A stretch of 64,000 nucleotides of DNA from Podarcis pityusensis (lineage: Eukaryota). A program made the position numbers and the translations under genes. Positions 56,101 through 64,000 of the stretch are shown one piece after another (the first letter of the stretch is position 1; each line of letters starts with the position of its first letter). The stretch is taken from assembly GCA_964106645.2 (NCBI GenBank), contig OZ067050.1; one strand, written 5' to 3'. Under the pieces are notes generated by a model, which saw only the letters and a list, made by a program, of their open reading frames with translations, ran no database searches and was not told where the DNA came from.

Positions 56101-57758
56101 AGCCCATTGAATGAGTCAAGTTCACAGTTTTGAACTGTGAGTTTCCTGGCACTTTCCCCTTGCAGGTCATCTCAGTCCAGCAAACACAATCGGTGTATAA
56201 AATCTGGTTTTTGTAGGCACAGATTTGCTGTTCAGAGTGTAACCCAGATATACACATTTAGGCTCCCCATAGAGATCCCCATTGGCCGGCCCAGGTCACA
56301 GCCACACCACATATGGCTTCCCGCAAATAATCCTGGGAGCTTTAGTTTTTTAAGGTTGCTCCCAGGATTCTTTGAGGGAAGCCTGTGCTTTAAGTATGCT
56401 CTAAACCAAGGCGGGTCCAACGTCTCAGAACAAGTGGGCCGCAAGAGTACTTTGACACAGAACCCGGTCCGAGCGAGTGAAGTAAGGCACACATTTCTTT
56501 TTCTTGCAAGTATTTCCCGTTGAATTTGGTGGGGCTTGCATCTAGTTAGACTTGCCTAGGAGCAGGCTGCAAAGAGAGAACCTGTTTGCCAAGGGAGGGG
56601 AGATGGGAAATAGGTGTAGGTGAGCAGGTTATCCAAAGCAGCAGCTGCAGCTGCTCTAAGAGTCTTGTGGAACAAGCAGGTGAGATTGATAAAAGGGTTA
56701 GCTGCAGAGATGACGTTCTGGAAGCCAGGCTCATCATGGACCGGAGGTGTCATCCAGGCATCCAGCTAATGGGAGGACTGTAGGAAATCAGTCACGGCAA
56801 TGGATTATAACCTCTCTCCTTTAAAATATATTTCTCACCTCTGTCCTTCTCCTTTCCTGAGTGTGTCTTGGTCTAGGGTTTGTTTGCTAAATCCTGCAAC
56901 TGGGGGAGGAAGACGGAATTTCTGTTTAGTTATTGTTTGCTGATAAGAGTTAATTTTATTGTGTCCTATTCTAATAGATTATTGAATATTACTTTATTTT
57001 ATATAAGTCGTTTCATTTTAAAGCTATGCTTTATTATGACTTTTTGTATTACAAGGTTCTTGGTTGTATATTTTGTTGCTGCAAACCACCGTGTGTATAG
57101 TACAGTGGTACCTCGGGTTACAGATGCTTCAGGTTATAGACTCCGCTAACGCAGAAATAGTACCTTGGGTTAAGAACTTTGCTTCAGGATGAGAACAGAA
57201 ATCGTGCGGCGGCAGCACAGCTGCCCCATTAGCTAAAGTGGTACCTCAGGTTAAGAACAGTTTCAGGTTACGAACAGACCTCCAGAACGAATTATGTTCT
57301 TAACCTGAGGTACCACTGTAATAGAGAAAGGCAGTATACAAAATAAAAGTGAAATGAAATGAAGGGAAGAAAGTTCACATTTTGCAACCAATCAAACATA
57401 GAAATGCAAAAATGAAAGAACATCCATACTCACATTTTATTTCCCAAGACGAAAGAACGAGCAGTTGTTTGGAAATGTAATCATTCGTTGTCTTCCTTTC
57501 ATCCAAGATAATGGTTGTTTTGTTGGTCTTCCTCGTTTTTTTAAAGCGTTCCTCTGTGGAAATCCCTGGTTCTCTCTGCTTTTCCTTGTGCTGAACTGTA
57601 ATAAGGACGTTGAGTCTTGTTTTTTGGTCTCTCTTCTCAGCTGCCCTTCTGAATGTGATGCTCAGGAAAGGAGGGCAAGGTTCTGATCGACAGCGGCATC
57701 TCTGACCCTTCCTTGGCATCCAGAGAGGGCATTGTCCAAAGAGACGGACTGCACAGGA

Positions 57759-60700
57759 ATGGGTAGCCATGAGAAGGACCCATCTTCTCCTAAGAGGGCT
57801 CCGCCCCCCTCTCGCTCCAACAGCACTGTGTCTTCCAAGCACAGCATTGCTCGGCAGGTGAGATGTCTCCCCTCTGCCCAAGCGTGGGTAGCCTGAGACC
57901 CTCCAGATGTTGTTGATCTCCCAACACCCATCATCCCTGTCCATTGGCCATACTGGCTGGGCTGGTGGGAGCTGCCAGCCACTCCTGGAGGAACCACATA
58001 AACAATCTACACGCATCCCAGAGGTTGGTGGGAGGGGCTTTCAGGTCAGAGGGTGTGGCCTAAAGGTTAACCAATGGGTATGTCATTGAATCGAGCCTTT
58101 GGACTGCAGTGCAAAACTTCAACCAGTTTTCCCACTGGGAGAACACCCCTACCTTTCTTTCTAATGTTGTTGCTTAAAAAAATTCTAGGGTTCCGAAAGC
58201 TGGGAGGTGGTGGATGAGCTGCGGATCCAGAGCGGGGTCATTCAGGAGCCAGAGAGGCAGGAAGGCTACCTGTTGAAGAAGCGGAAATGGCCCCTGAAGG
58301 GCTGGCACAAGGTGAGAGATTTGAGAGCCCCGTGTGTGTATTGGGAATTGCCAGACTTCCTGTGGTTCTAAACTGTGGTCCCTTCCAAGCCTTTGGAATG
58401 TAGGTTCAATCAACCCAGGACCAGAGTGGATCCCTCGCAGCTTCCAGTGCTGTAGGAAAACCAGTGTGTCAAACTAACTCATCCCACATTCACAATAAAT
58501 CATGCGAACCCCGTAAGATTCATTCCTATGTAGGCCACTTATTCTGCTCAATCTCCTGTTACTACTGTGGTTCTCTGGACTGGGGCAAAGGGTGGATATT
58601 TTAGTTGTGCCTCTGGTATTTTTTAACCACATGGTTATTTGTGACTTCTTCCTTTTCTTTCTCCCCTTCTCTCTTTCTCAAAGCGCTATTTTGTTTTGGA
58701 AGATGGGATTTTGAAATATGCCACCACACGCCAAGATGTGAGTACAGGGTAGGGAGCCTGGGATGCCTGAATTTCAATGAGGTGGGGACTCACGGGAATC
58801 TAAGAGCAAAAGTGGCCATAGGGGGATGTCAGAGATCAATGAGATTCGTAGGGCAGAGCTCAAAGGTCTGGGTCAGTATTCATTTCACCATTTCACCCTC
58901 CCTCCCAGGTCTTGAAGGGGAAGCTTCACGGGTCTGTTGATGTCCGCCTGTCTGTCATGTCGGTCAACAAGAAGGCGCAGCGTGTAGATCTGGACACAGA
59001 AGAGAACATATATCATCTCAAGGTAAGGCGTGCAAAAGAGGAACCTCATGCAGGTTGTGGGGTTGTGGTAACAGGTCAGGATGGGACAGAAAAGCATAAG
59101 GAACTGAAATGGGAAAAAGGCGAAAGATTTATACGGTCTGAAGAGAAACCAGATGGAAAACTGGAAAAGGAAGACTGGGTGAGTGAATGGGAAAGGTCAA
59201 ATGCCAACCCATCATTTAGCCTTGAGGAGGTTGTTGGCCCTCGATTTCCCCAGTCTGGAAAATGGGAGTGTTAGCCTGAGGATGGGAAAGCTGAAAATCC
59301 TGATCTGGCAAATGACACCTGAAAGGAAGTTTCAGTTTGCTTGCCTCCTGTTCTGGATGAACAAAGGTTTACTGGGAAACAAGATAACAGTACGCGGCAC
59401 AGTAATGTGTACAGTGGTACCTTGGAAGTCGAACAGAATCAGTTCCGGAAGTCCGTTCGACTTCCAAAACGTTCAGAAACCAAGGTGCGGCTTCCGATTG
59501 GCTGCAGGAAGCTCCTGCAGCCAATCGGAAGCCACGGAAGCCGCATCAGACGTTCGGGTTCCAAAGAAGGTTCGCAAACCGGAACACTCTCTTCTGGGTT
59601 TGCAGCATTTGGGAGCCAAAATGTTTGACTCGCAAGGCATTCGATAGGCACTGTGTATCAGTTAGGGTTGGAAAGCTCTGCATGAATGTAACTGCCTTTG
59701 TAGTTCTCTGTGTTAGGGTATCATGTAAAAAAGAGATGGTTTGTCCTGTTTGTTTGGCTTGCGTTGTTGCTCTGGGTTCAAATCCAAGCTAATGCATGAG
59801 CACCGGGGCCCATAACCAGGAGGATTCTGTGGGCATGTAGAGTGTGGGGAAAGGTTTCTCCCCAGCTATGGCAAACCAGGCTAGGTGGGCATCCTTTGCC
59901 ATTCACTGCAATTAGCTTTCAGCGCACGTTTTCCTGGCAGTTCCTAAAACATGCAGGAAGCTGAACATGGTATATATCAATGGCGTCATCAGATCGTTTT
60001 GCTACAAGCTTGGAGCCCTCGCGTGCAGACTTTCACGATGCTTTAACTGTGAACCGGATTGTTTTGAGGATTCTGTGGTCTGGGTGGGACAATGCCGACA
60101 AGGTCTTTATCTGCATTTGCCTTTAAAAAGAAAAAGGGGAGGGAAAGCTTTGTTGTATTGAAAAATTGTTATGTATTTAAAAGCCTAATGAAAAGATCTG
60201 AAAAGAAAGCGAAGCAACTTTAATCTGCAGGAGAACTAGCATCTTGCTCTCTCTTCTCTGAGATCTTTTGAATCTGATGGCTGCGAAATAAATTAATCTC
60301 CACAGTTTAGGTTGAAGATCAGCTGTGCTCAGGACCCTATTGGCTCTTGGGTTCAGATTCCAGACATCAGTGTAAATCTCTACTTGGACAGGTATCTTGA
60401 TTCCCATCGCCCACCTTTGTGCTCCTAACGGTTCATTCCTTCTAGATTAAATCCCAGGAACTCTTCAATAACTGGGTGGCCAAGCTCTGCTCACACCGCC
60501 AAGTGCAGAAGTTGGATGCCTCCCAAAGGCAGTACCTGACAAGTAGCCATGGTGGAAGAGCCTCGCATCCTACACAGGTGAGTTGGCGGGAGGGGTGGGG
60601 GGAAAGAACTTTTTGTGTTGCGCAAGATGGATGGGCAGGGACATGCGCATGGAATGATGGCGGGGTGAATGGACAGAGGACTCCAGTGTCCCTCCTTGGT

Positions 60701-62265
60701 TCTTTCCCCCTAGTCACATGCAGGAAGAAGAGGCTTGGGGCCCGGACTCCAGATGCCTTCTTAATTGCACATTCATGACGGTTTGTGCACACGATGGTAT
60801 CAGCGGGGTTACACGTCGATCCTGCTTTTAGTGCTGTTTGTACCTGCAACAGTTTTGGGGCAGACGCACCACTTCATTTCCAATCGGTGCACATCTCGTA
60901 ACCTCCTGCTGAAATCCTGTCGTTTTCCAAATGAAAGGAATGTTACAGCAGTCTTTTTTTGTGCCACTTTGGTTGTGCTACAGCGCAAGAGCTGCCCACT
61001 GGAGGGCAATAACGCTGTATCATTCTGGAAGGATGCACTATTTTTGCATCAGTGGCATATTGCTGAATAGACCTGCCAAAAAAACCCCACAAGCCAGTCT
61101 GGAGGGGCCCTCACATAGCTCTGGCAGGAAAGAGTTGCTTTATAGGCCAAAGTTAAGCTTTGGTGGTTCCCGTGGAAATGTTAAGTACATCTAGCAAATA
61201 CATTTGTAACGTTCAGCTGCTAAGTTGCGTCGGCTGCGTGTATAACTGAATTTGTACATCTCCAGATGTTATTGTACATCTCCAGCTTCTAATCCTAGCT
61301 AGCCATGCTGGTTGAGTCCAATAACATCTCAAAGGTTATAGGTTCCCTACCCCTAGGATGACCAGTATACTAAAGAGCTGCGAGTTCTCCAACACCACTT
61401 TATGTGGCTTTGTAAAAGAGTTTAAAATATTGGCACTTAGCTGGTTTCACCTAGTGATTTATAGAGAAAAGGGGTGTTGAAATCCTAAAATGACTTTGCC
61501 TCTGCTGTTCAGCTTTGTGCCCGGGTCCCAGGGAGAGCTTCCTGGTGAACAAGAGGCTAAAAGCTCACAGCTGTGGCCTGCAAAATGGACACGCCTCCCA
61601 CAATCCTTTGCTCTTAGCTTCCGTTTGGCCCCCATCTTCTTGCCTCCTTCCTGCAGGCCTGCAGCTCACGGCACCGCATTCTGATGTCTGAGAGTGCTCC
61701 TGCCTTGTCTTCCCTGGCCGGCCCCCGAGACAAGGTGAATTCTTGGCTGAGCGACAGCAAAGGCCTGGACAGGTGCTCAGCAGGTGAGATGGGATCTTCT
61801 TACCGCTTTCCCAGAACAAATGCCCTTCCGCCTTCCACCATTCCCAGCTCCCTCTCCTCTGCTCTTCTAAGCCAGCACTCTTTCTGAAGCACCGTCAAGC
61901 TTCTTGACGTCTGCATTTGCTGCTGCTGGGGAACCCTTTCCTATTCCATTGATCTCGCTCTCCTTCTAGCACCTTTCCAGTATGAAGGCTTTTCCCTGGG
62001 GAGGGTCAGCAGATCAGAAGTGGGCTAAGTAGTTGGAGGGGGACAGGAATCAGTGGCCGTTATAAGCCAGAACGAAGGAGAATGAAGGGGCAGCCTGTGG
62101 GTCCGAGAGTCTGTGCATGCTGTAGTTCTTTGTGGGAATTTGGCTTCCAAACTATGCTCAAAGTGCAAGCCACCCACCCAATGTCTCCACAGCAGGGGTC
62201 AGCAAACTTTTTTGGGAGGGGGCCGGTTCACCGTCCCCCAGACCTTGTGGTGGGCTGGACTGCAT

Positions 62266-62300
<35 letters not shown>

Positions 62301-63394
62301 GCGGAGGGGGCTTCTCTCTTTCCCCCAGCCCCTCCCCTCCCCCTGCCTACCTATGGTGCTGCCGGCGCAAGGGTGGGCTGGCTCCGGAGAGGCGCTGCCC
62401 AAAATGGCGCTCAGCCAGCTCATCCCAGTCCCCTTCCTCCTCTACAAAGGGCGGGGAGAAGCCTGGAGGAGGGAGGGAGGAGGCGCCGCGGTGTGTGAGA
62501 GGGAGAGGGGAAATGGCGCCCCCAAAAATGGCGGTGCAGAAAAAAATGTAATGAACAGAATCCACACGATCCGCGGGCCGGATCCTGAGGGCAATTGGAT
62601 CAGATCCGGCCCACAGACCGTAGTTTGCCGACCCCTGCTCTACAGTGCTGCCATGATATAGTACGCACTTTCTTCCAAATGCTTCCCGATCAAAGAGCCA
62701 ATGTACTCAACAGACAGGAAGTCCCGCCTCCTGACTCCCTGGCCTGTTTCTGCCATGTTAAACCTGCAGACATCGCCCATGCGTGCTCTTTCTGAGTGCA
62801 AAATTTTCACACGCGTAACGTTTGGTTTCTTTTTCCTCAGAACTCTCCGAATGCCAGGGAAAACTTCAAGAGCTCAACCGGATGCTGCAGAGTTTGGAGA
62901 CCTTGCACCGCATTCCATCTGCTCCCCTCATCTCCAATAGTCAGGTATGTAGAGCGGCGAAGGCAACAGATCATCCTCACCTGAGGCCCTTCTTTGTGTG
63001 CCTCCTCCACGAGAGGCCCAGAGGGTGGCAGCATGAGAACGGGCCTTTTCTGCAGTGGCTCCCCACTTGTGGAATGCTCCCCCCAGGGAAGCTCTCCTGG
63101 CGCCTTCATTACATATCTTTAGGCGCCAGGCAAAGCATTCCACTTCTCCCAGGCCTTCGGCTATTTCAACAATCTGTGGCCTTTTAAACTGTGTGCGTTT
63201 TTTAATTGCTTTTGTTTGTTACCATATTATGCATTTTTGTGTTTTTATATTGTAAGCCGTCCTGTGGAATAATAGAATTGTAGATTCTGTTATTTGGGTT
63301 GTTGGGTTGTTGTTTTTGTTTTGATTATTTATTTTGTGGTTTTATATTTTGATTTTCTTCTGTGAACTGCCCTGAGTCCTCCGGGTATAGGGCG

Positions 63395-63441
<47 letters not shown>

Positions 63442-63766
63442 TTTGTAAGGGATCCCAAAGGTCATCTAGCCCAACCCCCTACAGTGCAGTTGCCACTGGC
63501 TCTGGAGTTGCTTTCTTGCCATTTCAGTCATGTACCAACCATGGGCTTTGAACGGATTTGCATGGTTATGTACCCACTCTTACAAATTGAGGAATTCCTG
63601 CTTTGAGTTCTCTGACTCTGAATAAACTTTCGATGGCAGCTGTGGCAGGAGACTCTTTCTTGATTTTTTACAGACCTCAGCGGGCACGGAGAGACCCAGG
63701 AAAGGGAAGAGATCCACTCGCATCTGGTGCACTCAGAGTTTTGCAAAAGACGACACGATAGGCAGG
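57759..63766 (+). CDS. OSBPL7: Oxysterol-binding protein-related protein 7; first 8 coding exons (PH domain), gene continues beyond the window
   Basis: Exons 57759-57857 (exon acceptor at 57641), 58189-58311, 58684-58737, 58909-59022, 60446-60577, 61657-61783, 62841-62944, 63674-63766; phases consistent. Motifs [90 protein letters not shown]. Synteny favours OSBPL7 over OSBPL3/6. Confidence 0.93.
62193..62637. mobile_element. hAT MITE related to the 50.4-kb copy, with a different interior
   Basis: CAGGGGTCAGCAAACT ... AGTTTGCCGACCCCTG; TSD CTCCACAG / CTCTACAG. Confidence 0.85.
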
Positions 63767-63806
63767 GTGAGCTGGCTTGGAACTGGTGGTATCTGTTCTG
63801 ATATGG

Positions 63807-63943
63807 CAGTGATGGCCAAACTTGGTCCTCCAGCTGTTTTGGGACTACAATTCCCATCATCCCTGACCGCTGGCCCTGTTAGCTAGGGATAATGGGACTT
63901 GTAGTCCTAAAAACAGCTGGAGGGCCAAGTTTGGCCATCACTG
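63807..63943. mobile_element. Short palindromic hAT MITE (other copies 17643-17778, ~1158-1290, ~47318-47453, ~10410-10540, ~15832-15970)
   Basis: TSD TGATATGG here and TTTTATAT at the 17.6-kb copy; shared core actacaa(t/c)tcccat...atggga...gtagt. Confidence 0.85.
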
Positions 63944-64000
63944 TGATATGGGTTGTGTGAGAGGGTGTGTGTCTAGCTTAGAAAGTGGAGGGTGGCATTT

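Noticed and set aside
57375-58016. 213-aa minus-strand ORF antisense to OSBPL7
   Set aside because: Non-ATG start, no domain, and it crosses a MITE-like segment and an A-rich tract.
60984-61016. Possible extra in-frame OSBPL7 mini-exon (RKSCPLEGNNA)
   Set aside because: The acceptor is plausible but the donor (gct|gtatca) is weak and I recognise no homology; needs RNA-seq.

Overview
Vertebrate genomic DNA, very probably from a squamate and most likely a lacertid lizard (Sauria SINEs, BovB, tRNA-Lys/CR1-tail SINEs). It holds the conserved SCRN2(+) / LRRC46(-) / MRPL10(+) / OSBPL7(+) gene block. SCRN2 (7 coding exons, 426 aa) and MRPL10 (5 exons, 256 aa) splice into complete ORFs. LRRC46 (8 coding exons) has a one-base frame problem at exon 2. 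OSBPL7 is 3'-partial (8 coding exons, PH domain) and runs off the window. There is a 200-N gap at 10789-10988. Introns and intergenic DNA are dense in CR1, BovB, RTE, L1 and L2 fragments, SINEs, and Tigger-, Tc2- and hAT-type MITEs. Most unusual observations: (1) a ~300-bp copy of the distal MRPL10 3'UTR, including its poly(A) signals, sits directly behind an in-frame stop at the start of MRPL10's own intron 4, which could give a truncated isoform with a near-identical 3'UTR; (2) Tc2-like MITEs carry modular GC-rich hairpin interiors, including an array whose 13-nt loops occur in both orientations; (3) a +1 frameshift, or an alternative acceptor, in LRRC46 exon 2; (4) two different tRNA heads on one CR1-derived SINE tail; (5) clusters of RFX X-boxes. 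Family names and orthology come from recalled sequences, not from database searches.
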